Part shown: positions 9,006 through 19,552 of the stretch, piece by piece
Layout: every line of letters begins with the position of its first letter
Numbering within the stretch: position 1 is the stretch's first letter
DNA from: a virus
Taxonomy: Duplodnaviria; Caudoviricetes
Direction: 5' to 3' (one strand)
DNA: 64,000 nucleotides
IMG/VR virus record: IMGVR_UViG_3300020079_000007
Coordinates: 64,001 to 128,000 of that record
The notes under the pieces: generated by a model
Databases searched by the model: none
Told to the model about the DNA's origin: nothing
What the model saw: only the letters and a program-made list of their open reading frames with translations
Position numbers and translations under genes: made by a program

Positions 9006-11198
9006 TTACTCTCCTACTCCACCTGTAAGAATATCTGACGCAATTTGTTCATCAATCTTTCTGCGTCTTTCTGCTTCATCTTCAGTTGTAAATGAATCTT
9101 TAATCTCCTGCATCTTATCGCCTACACTCTGTTCAGAAAGACGACTGCTGCTTGCAGGTACGCCTGTTCTCAATTCATACAATACTTTTATAGTATCATT
9201 AAGAACATCGTTTTCTTGAATTTTTGGCATTACATATTTATGAGAAACTGTTCCGCCCTCACCGTTGTAATTTGGAATCCAATCGTTTCCTGCCCATTCA
9301 GTAAGGTGTTGACTTTCAACAAACTTTATAAACAAACCGTCTTTTGCTTCTTTGTATCTGTTTGATACTTCACGAAGTCGTTTCTGTTGCAATTCTGTCA
9401 TACGAGCTTTTCTTTCACGAAGAAGCTTCTTTGCTTTTGCTGCTTCAATTTTAGCGGATTCCATAACAGTATCATCTCCGCCACCCATATCGTCGCCACC
9501 AAAGTCGAAATCATCTCCGCCATCATCGCCACCGTCTTCATCATCTCCGCCACCTACAGGCTTTAAGAATGATGACAAACGCATCCACTTTTGAACGTCT
9601 GTTGGGTCAAGGAATGAATACTTTGAAAGAATATCGGTAACAACATCTTCAGGAAGAGGCTCTCCTTCTTCAAGTCCTAAAGCTGATGTAATCAATTCCA
9701 TAATGGTCTGAGTCATTTCAAGAGTTGCCATACGAGCTTCACGTTTTTCCTGTCCCATCTCTTCAGCAGGGAAACGCATTGAAAGAACGAATGGAGTGTT
9801 ATAATCAAACTCACCTGTGATTGCAAAATGCAATCTTATGAGTTCACCAATACCATCAAGACAGGCTGATTGAATTGTATAAACGTGGCGAGCAAACGGC
9901 TTGTACTGTTCTGTCAATGAAATGCCTGAGTTACCAAATCCGCCAAACTCTTGGTCAAGATATGCCTTAGGTACACCTGATGCACGAGCAACACGGTCTT
10001 GGTAAAGTTCAATATCGCCTACGAAGTCAATGTCACATTTTGACTCTTTTACTTCAACATCAATCAAATCCTTAGGTGCCCAAATTTTTGTATTTACAGT
10101 GTAAACTTCATTACCCGCATTTGCAGGATTTACGCCGATATTATCATATTCCTCACGAACTTCATTTACGTGTTCGAAAGCAACATCAGGTCCCATACCT
10201 TCAGTTCCTTGTACACCATAAATTGTTACTGGGAATGACATTTGTCTTGCAAGGCCTTGCAACATAATTGCAGAGAAAGCCAACTTAAATGGTGAAATAC
10301 AACCTAAAAGAGGCGGACGACCATAAGGATAGAATTCAGAGTTTTCTGCATTGTAACGGAAATGTGATACTTCCCAAGGTGGTAAAATATTTCCGTCATA
10401 CAATTCATATCCCAAAAGTTTAGCATCATAAGAATCTGCAATGTTTTCATCAAGGTCCATTGTCTTCTTATCAATAATTATATCTACAAGCTTTTGTATT
10501 TTCTCGGCGCGGTTTTTATTTGCAGAAAGATAGCCATTTTTCTGTGAAAGATATTCTGCCATTCTGATTGGGTTAAACTCAAGTCTCTCCATAACTGAAT
10601 TGACTTTGATAGGCTTAATACCTTCAATACCATTAAGACCTACTTTGTGAAGCCAGAATGATTCACCATAAAGTTCAAGGTCGTGGCATACTTGCTGCAA
10701 TCTTTGTTGATTGATACCCCATCTTGCAAACAATTCATAACACTTTGAAGAGAACGCTGCGTTAGGAGAGTCAACTGTCAAGATACGGTTTTGAACATCA
10801 AGCTGTGTTGCTTCTGCAGCACAAAGTTCAACTACACGATAACCGAAGTCGTCATTGTAATAAAAGAATGACAACTCATTAAGTCTTTGCTGTCTATCCT
10901 GAATGTCGTTATATGAAAGAGTTGTCTCCTGCATATAAGCATCAAAGTATTTTTCAACATTTTCTGTAAGATGTTCTGATTTGAATACTGAACCAAGAGC
11001 GGCGTTCTTGAAGCGGTATGCATCGTTGTTCAAGTCAACACGAACAAACTCCATACCATATTTTTTAACTAAAGGGTCATCACTCTTTTCGTCTCTTTTT
11101 GCTCTAAAGCCAAATAATGATGAGAGGCGAGAAACATATGAACTTTTCAATATGCTTGATTTAGGAGCCTCTCCACTTCTATAAATATCATCTGCCAT
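9006..11198 (-). CDS. Portal protein (T4 gp20-like) with an acidic Gly/Asp linker and C-terminal extension
   Basis: LELYGESF, PWEVSHFR, YPYGRPPL, DIELYQDRVARASGVPKAYL, FARHVYTIQ. Confidence 0.85.
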   Translation of the reverse strand: MADDIYRSGEAPKSSILKSSYVSRLSSLFGFRAKRDEKSDDPLVKKYGMEFVRVDLNNDAYRFKNAALGSVFKSEHLTENVEKYFDAYMQETTLSYNDIQDRQQRLNELSFFYYNDDFGYRVVELCAAEATQLDVQNRILTVDSPNAAFSSKCYELFARWGINQQRLQQVCHDLELYGESFWLHKVGLNGIEGIKPIKVNSVMERLEFNPIRMAEYLSQKNGYLSANKNRAEKIQKLVDIIIDKKTMDLDENIADSYDAKLLGYELYDGNILPPWEVSHFRYNAENSEFYPYGRPPLLGCISPFKLAFSAIMLQGLARQMSFPVTIYGVQGTEGMGPDVAFEHVNEVREEYDNIGVNPANAGNEVYTVNTKIWAPKDLIDVEVKESKCDIDFVGDIELYQDRVARASGVPKAYLDQEFGGFGNSGISLTEQYKPFARHVYTIQSACLDGIGELIRLHFAITGEFDYNTPFVLSMRFPAEEMGQEKREARMATLEMTQTIMELITSALGLEEGEPLPEDVVTDILSKYSFLDPTDVQKWMRLSSFLKPVGGGDDEDGGDDGGDDFDFGGDDMGGGDDTVMESAKIEAAKAKKLLRERKARMTELQQKRLREVSNRYKEAKDGLFIKFVESQHLTEWAGNDWIPNYNGEGGTVSHKYVMPKIQENDVLNDTIKVLYELRTGVPASSSRLSEQSVGDKMQEIKDSFTTEDEAERRRKIDEQIASDILTGGVGE

Positions 11199-11294
11199 CT
11201 AAAAGATACCTCTTATATATTTAGTTTTAAAAAGAAAAAAGCGTTCATATTTATGGTATATGAACGCTCAACTATTATATATTAACAGTCGACT

Positions 11295-12119
11295 TTATTC
11301 ATTAAGAAGTTTATCGAAAAGCTGTTTCTTTGACTCTTCAAGAGGGTCGTAGTCAACTGTTTCAGGACTTACATCAGCTGCAACAAAGGTATTGTGATTT
11401 TTATCAGTGAGATCATCATTGTCACTTGCAATCATATCCAAGTACTCGTCAGAAAGTTTGTCAGAGTCTTTTCCAAAACCTTTCTTATATACAGGAATGC
11501 CTGTGTCAGCTATGTCATTTTCTTCTTCATCCATCCACATAGCTTCCTGTGCGTTCTCGATGCCATTTACATTAGAATTGAAACCGTCTTCCATTTCGCC
11601 GTCATAAACGAAGTCATCATAACCTTCAGCATCAAAATCTTCAACTCCGCCGTCATAAACAGGAAGACCGTCTTCATCATCGTAAAGGTAGTCACCTACA
11701 GCTTCACGAATTCTTGTTTTCTCATCAGTATTCATTTTTGCCTCGAATAAGCCAAAGCAGTCTGCTCTGGAAAGAGCCGAATCCAAAGTTGGGAATGGGC
11801 CCATTTTATTATAAAGTCCATTTGCTAAAGAGAACAAATAAACCTCAAATCCACCTCCCTTTTCTTCTGTTTTTGTTGTCTTAATAACAACCAAATACTT
11901 TTTGTTTCCTGCAAGTGTTGCTCTAACTTCAGCACAAGCAGCAACAGAACCTTTTCCCTTTACAGCGTCTTTAAGTGCAGCGTGTTCTGGGCGTTCAGAT
12001 GGAATAACATTATCAATGCAGCCTGAGCCTTTTTCAAGACCTCTGCAATAATCGCCTTCAGTATTTGCAGTTTTACGACATTCAATACCGAGACAGTAAA
12101 CATTATCAAAATTGTTCAT
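11295..12119 (-). CDS. Acidic protein, putative prohead core/internal head protein
   Basis: Asp/Glu-rich with LFE/IRE/LEE motifs; ACTAAAT upstream. Confidence 0.45.
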   Translation of the reverse strand: MNNFDNVYCLGIECRKTANTEGDYCRGLEKGSGCIDNVIPSERPEHAALKDAVKGKGSVAACAEVRATLAGNKKYLVVIKTTKTEEKGGGFEVYLFSLANGLYNKMGPFPTLDSALSRADCFGLFEAKMNTDEKTRIREAVGDYLYDDEDGLPVYDGGVEDFDAEGYDDFVYDGEMEDGFNSNVNGIENAQEAMWMDEEENDIADTGIPVYKKGFGKDSDKLSDEYLDMIASDNDDLTDKNHNTFVAADVSPETVDYDPLEESKKQLFDKLLNE

Positions 12120-12164
12120 TATTTATCTCCACTTTATTATTTAGTTGCAATAAACTAATTTATT

Positions 12165-13787
12165 ATGACTGGTATATGTTATTTTGCAAACGATGAGGTT
12201 GAATACTTTGCAGAACAGCAAGTTAATTCAATCGTAAATGATATTGATGACGGCGCAACACTTATAAGAGAAAATGAAGCTTTCTCTCCTGAGCTTGTTG
12301 ATAATTTAATTGAAGAAGCTGCAAGTAAGAAATGTAATAAATTGGTTTTGATGGTTGAAGGTAAAAAGTATCATCAATACTCAAAAGTAATTCCTGAAGT
12401 TTACGGCGATATGTTTGAGTCAATCGAAGTTGTACCTGAAAACTTTGTAAGAGTTAGAGAAAGTAACAACTATGACTACTATGACGGAATGGAAGCAGAT
12501 GCTGTGTTCTGGGCAGATAAGTATGACGAATATGTTGACGCAGGAATGACTGACCCTGATGATGGCATTGTCGGATTTGTTGCAGGAAAGATTGATGAAG
12601 ACCATCCTTCTGACAGCCCAGAGCAATATGCTTCATTGGAAAGATGGGTTATGAGCATCCTTAAAGAAAAAGGATACTTTAAGATGCCGTGGATGACAGA
12701 AGCTCTTTTGAGAGAAAATGATACAGCTGCAAGAGGCGCTCAAGCTTTGCCTCAAAATGAACAAACACAGCAGGCAAAACCTGTTCAGCAAAATAATCAA
12801 CAACCATTCAACGATGCAGGTTCTGTTACATATATTCTTTGTGATGCTGCCCATATCAACCTTGCTAACATTAAAGCTTTTGATAATGATACAAAACCTC
12901 TTATAGGAAAGTTTAAATTACAAAATGTAAGAAGATCATTTACAACTGTTGATAGTGCAAGACTTGAAGGCGCGGCACTTAAAAGCCTGTTGGTTGAATA
13001 CCCAAAGAAAGTTGCAAACCTTGAAACTGTTGCACAGCAAATGTCACCTGATGCTCCAGACTTTTCACTTGAAGCAGATGGACAAATGACATTACAAGCA
13101 TTCTTACAAAAAGCAGGAACTGTAACACAAAAAGTAAAAGATGCTCAAGGTAATGAAGTTGAACAGCAAGTAAATACAGGCACAGGCGCAAATATAAACA
13201 TTTTTGCTCCTACAAAGCAGTATCAGTATTTAATGAAATTTGCAGGTGCTTACCAAAACATCCGTGTATTCAATCTTGGTAAGTCTTATGAAAATCAAAA
13301 TAACCAAAAGATTAACCAACTTATGGAAATTCTTTTGAACACAGATAAAGAACTTGAATACACAGGAAAAGAAGAAGATTGGGTTGCCGCTCAAAAAGAA
13401 GGTAAAAACAATCTTGATATGCAGTTTATCAATTATGTTCGTTCAATAATGAAATTTATGAACGAATACGCAAATTGTGATAGACGCAAGCCACACGATA
13501 AAGCAAAGCGCGAAAGTGAATTGATGAAAGCATTGAAAGATCAGCTTATGAAGTGGTCAGGCATTGGTAATGCAAAGAAAGAATTGAGTGACAACTCTGC
13601 AATTGCAAAGTTTGCTATTGAGACTTTTGATAAAGTTAAAGATGCTGCAAAGAAAGATTTACAGGGTAATGAAAAAGATAAGAATAAAGGTATGTTTGAT
13701 GAAAAACAAGCAAAAGACCGCAACCCTAAAAATATCTTTATGTGGAAACATTACGCTGAATTAAGAAAACTTCTTATTGATAGATAA
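12165..13787 (+). CDS. Hypothetical virion protein
   Basis: 540 aa; ACTAAT motif directly upstream; LIRE/VRE/LLRE motifs. Confidence 0.5.
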   Translation: MTGICYFANDEVEYFAEQQVNSIVNDIDDGATLIRENEAFSPELVDNLIEEAASKKCNKLVLMVEGKKYHQYSKVIPEVYGDMFESIEVVPENFVRVRESNNYDYYDGMEADAVFWADKYDEYVDAGMTDPDDGIVGFVAGKIDEDHPSDSPEQYASLERWVMSILKEKGYFKMPWMTEALLRENDTAARGAQALPQNEQTQQAKPVQQNNQQPFNDAGSVTYILCDAAHINLANIKAFDNDTKPLIGKFKLQNVRRSFTTVDSARLEGAALKSLLVEYPKKVANLETVAQQMSPDAPDFSLEADGQMTLQAFLQKAGTVTQKVKDAQGNEVEQQVNTGTGANINIFAPTKQYQYLMKFAGAYQNIRVFNLGKSYENQNNQKINQLMEILLNTDKELEYTGKEEDWVAAQKEGKNNLDMQFINYVRSIMKFMNEYANCDRRKPHDKAKRESELMKALKDQLMKWSGIGNAKKELSDNSAIAKFAIETFDKVKDAAKKDLQGNEKDKNKGMFDEKQAKDRNPKNIFMWKHYAELRKLLIDR

Positions 13788-14012
13788 TTATTTTTCTGCA
13801 AGATCTTTTGTGTAAGCGATTGTGAGTTGATTGTTTCTGACGAGTTTAAGCAACATTAAAGTTTTTGTTAATTCGTCAGTTATGATTAGTTCATCAGTAT
13901 TTGTTAAATGACACGGACATATTAAAGGGAAGCCTGCGTTTTTATATTTTTGATAAGCAAGAGTCGTTTCTGTACTTGTGCTAATCTTAAAAACGTGGCT
14001 TCCCACTTTCAT
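13788..14012 (-). CDS. Hypothetical protein
   Basis: 74 aa, TAATG coupling with the upstream gene. Confidence 0.5.
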   Translation of the reverse strand: MKVGSHVFKISTSTETTLAYQKYKNAGFPLICPCHLTNTDELIITDELTKTLMLLKLVRNNQLTIAYTKDLAEK

Positions 14013-14764
14013 TAGAATCTTCCTACTTCAGACCCAACTGCTTTATGAGAAATCTGACAACGAATCTGAAGTTCAGCTGCCTTTGCGATAATCTCTTTTG
14101 CATTTGTCAAGTCTTCAATGATTACCGATATACGGTTCTTATCACATTGAGCAGTCTGTGACTCAACATAATTTTTGTAAAAATTTTCAACATCATCAGC
14201 GTTCTTACAAACACACTGACAGTTTGAGAAAATATTTTTTGACATATCAAGGAATGCAAACATATTCTTTGGTGCTTCAGTATCACAATCAATTAACACA
14301 ACGTTGAAGTTTTCGTAAAACTGTTTTACACCTGAATAATTTATAGGCTTTCCTTTGAAAGCAAACTTTGGAGGCTGCTTACGGAATTCAACAGTCTCCT
14401 CATTCTGTAAATCGTGGGAAATATGAGAAATCATTGCAAAGAGAATCATTGACTCGTCAATACAATTTTTGTTTGCCATATCTTCACCGATGAAGAAACC
14501 ATACTTTTTTGAAAGAAGGAAGTCAATCCAATCATCTTCAAGTCCCTTTTCTTCAAGCTTCTTTTTTACATCTTCAAGAACAGCCTCGCATTCTTTTGTA
14601 AGGTCTTCTCTTGCAGGTTCTTTCTGTCCTTCAGGAATTGTAAACTTTCTTCCGTCATCTGAAAATCTAAACACGAGACCGTTCAAACCTTGAACCTGTC
14701 CTTCTGGGAAGTACTCCCAATCTAAGCTGTCCAACTTAAGCATTCTTTTTCCTCCAATCGTCAA
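14012..14764 (-). CDS. Hypothetical protein
   Basis: 250 aa ORF in an operon. Confidence 0.6.
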   Translation of the reverse strand: MTIGGKRMLKLDSLDWEYFPEGQVQGLNGLVFRFSDDGRKFTIPEGQKEPAREDLTKECEAVLEDVKKKLEEKGLEDDWIDFLLSKKYGFFIGEDMANKNCIDESMILFAMISHISHDLQNEETVEFRKQPPKFAFKGKPINYSGVKQFYENFNVVLIDCDTEAPKNMFAFLDMSKNIFSNCQCVCKNADDVENFYKNYVESQTAQCDKNRISVIIEDLTNAKEIIAKAAELQIRCQISHKAVGSEVGRF

Positions 14765-15095
14765 TCTCTTCTTTCATACCTTCAATTGCTGCTTGATATT
14801 CCATTGAACCACGGTCTCTTAAAGGGAACTTAAGTTCAAGAATAATTACATTCTTGTCGTCCTTTTTGTAAGCCAATGAAATCTGGTCTGTATCGAAGCA
14901 ACGGAATACATCGAGATTATATCTTTCCTTACAATATGCAGTAAGGTCTTCAAACACATTGTTCTCAATATCAACCAAGTTGTCGTGTTGTTTGAATAAT
15001 GTGTTCTTCTTTTTCTTGTCCAAAACTTTTGATGTCACAATGAGATTTGCAAGTCCTATGACAATATTAAGAATAAGTAATACACTTATTAACAT
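14736..15095 (-). CDS. Hypothetical membrane-anchored protein
   Basis: N-terminal hydrophobic helix; GGAGG SD before ATG 15095. Confidence 0.55.
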   Translation of the reverse strand: MLISVLLILNIVIGLANLIVTSKVLDKKKKNTLFKQHDNLVDIENNVFEDLTAYCKERYNLDVFRCFDTDQISLAYKKDDKNVIILELKFPLRDRGSMEYQAAIEGMKEEIDDWRKKNA

Positions 15096-15115
15096 CAAAA
15101 CCTCCAATATAATAA

Positions 15116-17014
15116 TTAGATTGTTTGTCCTTTTTGCAAAGAAAACAATTTTTTCCAAATGCCTTCACTGATATATTTTTGATTGAACAAAGAGTTAAGT
15201 GTTTCGCCTTTTGTCTCCAAGTTCAATTCCTGCAAGTTGTCGATTGAATTATCATATCTTAAAGAATATGTTCTTGTGACTTCAGTCTGCCCTGGGCGGT
15301 ATATACGGCCTCTTGACTGAGTGTACTCAACAAAGTTATATGTCTTTTCAACATATACTTCATATTTACATTCAACGCAAGTTACAGATGTGTTCATAAC
15401 TTTAATAGAAGCAATCAAAAGCTTTTGCTTAGGGTCTTTCAAAAACTTCTTAACTAAAGGAATGCGGTCGTCCATCGGAACATCAGCTGAAATAATGCAA
15501 GGATTATAATTTGCATATCTTTCACTCAAAGTAACCATTGTCTCTGGGTGGAAATACCAAATGATACCTTTTTGTCCATCAACATCAGTTCTTTCTTCAA
15601 TGATTTCATCAACAAGTTTAATCTTATTATAGTCTTTATTGTAATCAAACTTTCTGATGTCTTCTTTTAGGTCCTCTGGGAAGTACTCAAACTTTTTATT
15701 ATTCAATAATGCAGTTGGGTTGTCAACACAAGTTTGAAAATACTGAAATAAGTTCTTCATTCTTTCAGAGAAGCTCTGACCACCTTCACTTGCAATGTTT
15801 GCCTGTTCAGCAGCAGTAAAATTGCTGAAGCGTTCATATATTCTTCGATGTAAAGGCGACATCTCCATAAACATTGTTGGGACTTCATAATTCAATGGCA
15901 AGTCAAGACAATCAATCATAAGACGCTTTGCACAATAATGCTTCAGCATCTTTTTATTGAATTCTTCAAGTAAGTCAAGTCTCCAACCATTAGGATTGAT
16001 TGCATAAGGGCTGTAAGAGTTACCAATATCATTATACTTTGCACACCAAGTTTGATAGTCCATACCATCAACTAAAGCAGGGTCAAGTATCTTTGAAGGC
16101 TCATACAATTTTTCATATTTATCTGCAAGAGTTCCTGTAAACTCAAATCTCTGTTCAAAGAACGGAACAATAAAGTTCATAATCTTTGTTCGTCTTGAGG
16201 TAGGTGAACTTAAGTAATGATTCTCATCAAGAAACAAACCACCTGGGTGTCCGTCAAGCCATTCTTTGATAGGCATTGGATTTTTAGTATAAGCTGTGCC
16301 CGTAGAAGGATGCTTATTCTTTTTTGTTGCAAACTTAATATCATAATAATAATTACTTACAGACTTCAAGGCATCGTAAGAAAGAATGATAATTGTTTGA
16401 GGATACTTTTCAGTATTGAAAATATCGCGGTCTTCAAACTTTACTTTTGCCATAGAAGTAATTGTAAGAATATCTTCATCTCTCATATTCTTACCGTGTA
16501 GCAACAATTCACCTTTAACATTACGAGTACCGATTGATGAAGAAAATATCAAACATTTATTTATGTCACCGTAATATCTTTTATGTTCGATTAAACCTGC
16601 AAGAATCCAAGATTTACCTAAACCCATTTCGTGGTGATATAAAAATCTGTTCTGACAAAGTCCTCTTAATAAGTCCTGTATTTGATAACTTTCATAAGGA
16701 TGTTTTCCAACAAGAGGCGGATTGTTCATCAATTCTTGTCGGTAAGTTCGACGATATATTTTAAGTTCTTTTAAGTTTTCGTGATAAAGTTTTATCTCTT
16801 CTTCAGTAAGTAAATCAACTTCAGGCTGCTCACCAAAGTCAACACAAGATTTATAAAAATCTTCATATCTTGTTACATTAAGAGTCCATCTTTTTAATGT
16901 GGCATTCCATCGACAACCTTCTTCTTTCAAAAAATCAACAAGGTCGCGGAAATTATCGCCACCAATCTTAATAAGAAGATTTTTATCAGATGAGTCATAT
17001 TCTATAGCAACCAT
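15116..17014 (-). CDS. SNF2-family helicase/ATPase
   Basis: Walker A HEMGLGKS, LDENH, FTGT, QSRGRIYRPGQ. Confidence 0.85.
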   Translation of the reverse strand: MVAIEYDSSDKNLLIKIGGDNFRDLVDFLKEEGCRWNATLKRWTLNVTRYEDFYKSCVDFGEQPEVDLLTEEEIKLYHENLKELKIYRRTYRQELMNNPPLVGKHPYESYQIQDLLRGLCQNRFLYHHEMGLGKSWILAGLIEHKRYYGDINKCLIFSSSIGTRNVKGELLLHGKNMRDEDILTITSMAKVKFEDRDIFNTEKYPQTIIILSYDALKSVSNYYYDIKFATKKNKHPSTGTAYTKNPMPIKEWLDGHPGGLFLDENHYLSSPTSRRTKIMNFIVPFFEQRFEFTGTLADKYEKLYEPSKILDPALVDGMDYQTWCAKYNDIGNSYSPYAINPNGWRLDLLEEFNKKMLKHYCAKRLMIDCLDLPLNYEVPTMFMEMSPLHRRIYERFSNFTAAEQANIASEGGQSFSERMKNLFQYFQTCVDNPTALLNNKKFEYFPEDLKEDIRKFDYNKDYNKIKLVDEIIEERTDVDGQKGIIWYFHPETMVTLSERYANYNPCIISADVPMDDRIPLVKKFLKDPKQKLLIASIKVMNTSVTCVECKYEVYVEKTYNFVEYTQSRGRIYRPGQTEVTRTYSLRYDNSIDNLQELNLETKGETLNSLFNQKYISEGIWKKLFSLQKGQTI

Positions 17015-17081
17015 AATATAGAATATATTAACAAAAAAGGGTACCATTGCGGTACCCATATATTTTTAACTTTTTATTTTG

Positions 17082-17390
17082 TTATTCTTCGTAACCTTCT
17101 GGGATATAGCAGAACAAATCTTCTTCATCTTCCCAAGGCTCATCGCCTGAAACTTCATCCCCATCTTCGTTATAGAAAACAGTTGCCTGAACTTTTCTTC
17201 CACCTTTAAGATTGTTAAAAGCTCTTTGTGCAGTTTCTAAATCACCTTCATTATCAAATGAATATGACTGTCCATCATCATTATTTATTGTAATGTTATG
17301 ATGGCCTGAAATATCACGGAGAATATCTTCAATTGAAATCTCAAAAAGATCTCCGCCTTCATAATCAGTTACTCTTACAACTTCGTTCAT
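17082..17390 (-). CDS. Small acidic hypothetical protein
   Basis: 102 aa, very acidic, coupled to the upstream gene. Confidence 0.55.
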   Translation of the reverse strand: MNEVVRVTDYEGGDLFEISIEDILRDISGHHNITINNDDGQSYSFDNEGDLETAQRAFNNLKGGRKVQATVFYNEDGDEVSGDEPWEDEEDLFCYIPEGYEE

Positions 17391-17391
17391 T

Positions 17392-18069
17392 TTACTCTCC
17401 CATTACTTTTTCGTATTCGTCATAATCATCTGAATCCAACCAAGACTCAAATCCGTCATCAGGAGCTTTACCGTTTTCATCTCTCTGTTCGATTTTGATA
17501 AAAGCACCGCCCATTCCGAGAGTTTGTTCAACAACTTCAAGTCCCATCCCTGGAGCTGCAGTATCAAGGAACTGCTGAAGCTTGTTTACGAAATCAATAA
17601 AGTTTATTTGTGCGCTCTTGAACTTACCTTCTTTTAACAACTTTTTGCTTTCTGATATTCTTTCCATTGTTTTAAGATTTTCAAAAAGAAAGCCCTGTCC
17701 TGCAGAAAGGTCCTCAAGTTTTTTAAGTTCTGCATCGTCAATGTAAACTCTGTCTTCCATCTCAGATACATCTGAAGCCATTTCAAACAAACCTTTGATA
17801 GCTTGTTTCAAATCACCGCCCATATTCATCTCACCAATCTCGTCTTCATATTGCTGAGAAACATAAAAGCAAACTTTACCAGCCGCGTCTGGGTCTTCAT
17901 AGCCCGTTGCAGTAATGCCAACATTGAAGCCTGCACCACAATAAACAGTTATAGCAACTTCTTCGTGAACTGGGTCATCAGATGTTTTTGCTTTTGCTCT
18001 ATATGCTGCTCTAAGAAGGTCAGCCACTTTTGAATATGGAAGACCCTCTTCATTTTCAGTCATTTTCAT
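17392..18069 (-). CDS. Acidic hypothetical protein
   Basis: 225 aa; LFE/ISE/LKE motifs. Confidence 0.55.
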   Translation of the reverse strand: MKMTENEEGLPYSKVADLLRAAYRAKAKTSDDPVHEEVAITVYCGAGFNVGITATGYEDPDAAGKVCFYVSQQYEDEIGEMNMGGDLKQAIKGLFEMASDVSEMEDRVYIDDAELKKLEDLSAGQGFLFENLKTMERISESKKLLKEGKFKSAQINFIDFVNKLQQFLDTAAPGMGLEVVEQTLGMGGAFIKIEQRDENGKAPDDGFESWLDSDDYDEYEKVMGE

Positions 18070-18902
18070 AAATATCTCCTATTGATATTTAGTAACATTT
18101 CAAGGAATGCTTCAGGAGATATAATTGCTGTACCGAGTTTCTTTGCTTTTTCTGATTTTGCTGAGGTTGAGTCTGGGTCAGCCTGAACAAGATATGTAAG
18201 TGTTTTATTTATTGAGGAAACAGTTCCGCCGTTATCAACAACCATTTTTTCAAGGTCAGCTCGTTTGTAAGCCATTGCGCCTGTGAAGCAGAAACTCATT
18301 CCTGCAAGAACGCCACCTGCAACCTTTTCTTCTTCACCGATATTGCAAAGTTTTGATACTTCAAGCAGATCTTTTTTGATTTCTGACAAAGCCTGCAAAA
18401 CTTTAATGCCTGACTCCAAAGTCCAACCTTTGATATTTGATATGTCACGAGGATTTGCTTTTTCAAAGAAACTTTCGATTGTGTTGTAACCTGCGTCAAC
18501 TAAAGACTGCAAACGCTTTTCGCCGAAGTCTTCAATATCGAAAGCAGAGATAAAGTTGGCAAGTGTTCTTTTCTTTGACATTGCTGCCTTAAGATTTTTA
18601 CGGATTTTTTCGGCATTCTTGCCTGCGATTTTATCAAGAACTGGGCTGTCGATTTCACGAAGGAATTGTGCAAGGGATTTGATATTTGCTTCTTTTACAA
18701 AGTCTTCAACAACTCGTGGACCAATTTCAAGAACATTCCACTTATTTGACATCTTTATGATTGCGTGTTCAATCTTCTTTGCGCAGGAATCGTTTGGGCA
18801 AAAAACTTCTCCACTGTCATTGATTTCAAGTTCTGTGCCGCAGCAAGGGCAGACAGTAGGCATTCCCCAATTGTATTTTTTAGCAAGTTCTGATGCTTTC
18901 AT
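18066..18902 (-). CDS. C-terminal half of an NAD-dependent DNA ligase (Zn finger, HhH, BRCT)
   Basis: PTVCPCCG...FCPNDSC, HhH motifs, BRCT (FCFTGAM...GGTVSS...LTYLV...KAKKLG); no KxDG adenylation domain. Confidence 0.85.
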   Translation of the reverse strand: MKASELAKKYNWGMPTVCPCCGTELEINDSGEVFCPNDSCAKKIEHAIIKMSNKWNVLEIGPRVVEDFVKEANIKSLAQFLREIDSPVLDKIAGKNAEKIRKNLKAAMSKKRTLANFISAFDIEDFGEKRLQSLVDAGYNTIESFFEKANPRDISNIKGWTLESGIKVLQALSEIKKDLLEVSKLCNIGEEEKVAGGVLAGMSFCFTGAMAYKRADLEKMVVDNGGTVSSINKTLTYLVQADPDSTSAKSEKAKKLGTAIISPEAFLEMLLNINRRYL

Positions 18903-18933
18903 ATTAACTCCTTACAAAAATAATATAAAGAAG

Positions 18934-19380
18934 TTATTCAGGAAGTTTAATTGAAGACCAATTTTCTAACAACTTTTTTGCTTCTTTTTTAGAGTATTTT
19001 GGCTTTATATAGACAATTGAGTCTTTTTGTGTTTCCATTGAAAATTCAGAAAATATGCGATTTCTTATAGGAACACCTGGGCCTTTTTGAACATTCTTTT
19101 CAGACTCTTCAACATCCTTTTTATCGAAAAATGTTGGAAAGCGGTCAATAATTGTTTCAATTGCTTCTTCAGTAAGTTCAGCTTTTTGAGTGCCGTCTTC
19201 TCCAAAAACATATTGTTTTATTACTTCTTCTGGGTCGTTTTTGAAATCAATACTGCCGCTGAAAGGCATTTGAAGACGAACGAGTCTTAACATATTCTCA
19301 GGAGTAAACTAATTGAATGACGATGCCAATTCTTCTTCTGTTTTATTTTTCAAAGCAGCTGCCTCCCTTTCAAATATAGA
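18934..19380 (-). CDS. Major-capsid-fragment paralogue with an insertion and an in-frame TAG at 19309-19311
   Basis: TEEELASSFN*FTPENMLRLVRLQMP...RNRIFSEFSMETQKDSIVYIKPKYSK versus MCP TEAQLSTSFQGFTPENMLRLVRLAMP...RNKVFTEFAMESAKDSIKYIKPVYSK. Confidence 0.75.
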
Positions 19381-19387
19381 CCGTGCG

Positions 19388-19552
19388 TCAAATCTCCTCA
19401 ACAACTTCGTACCAATCCTTTCTTTTTGAGGTTTCAGCGTCTTTGTCAAATCCTGTCAAAGCCAACATTTGTTTATGAGCTGAGTCTTCTGTTGGCCAAG
19501 ATTCATAATAAGTTCTTTCACCTGATTTTGTTACGTGATAAATATTAAACAT
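19388..19552 (-). CDS. Small hypothetical protein (54 aa)
   Basis: MFNIYHVTKSGERTYYESWPTEDSAHKQML...EEI*; TAATG-coupled to the upstream gene; below the ORF-track cutoff. Confidence 0.55.
   Translation of the reverse strand: MFNIYHVTKSGERTYYESWPTEDSAHKQMLALTGFDKDAETSKRKDWYEVVEEI

Noticed and set aside
19309-19311. TAG-to-Gln recoding (code 15), suggested by the in-frame TAG
   Set aside because: Long genes are open in code 11, and TAG ends apparently complete genes (recA, gp47-like nuclease, nucleotidyltransferase); single instance
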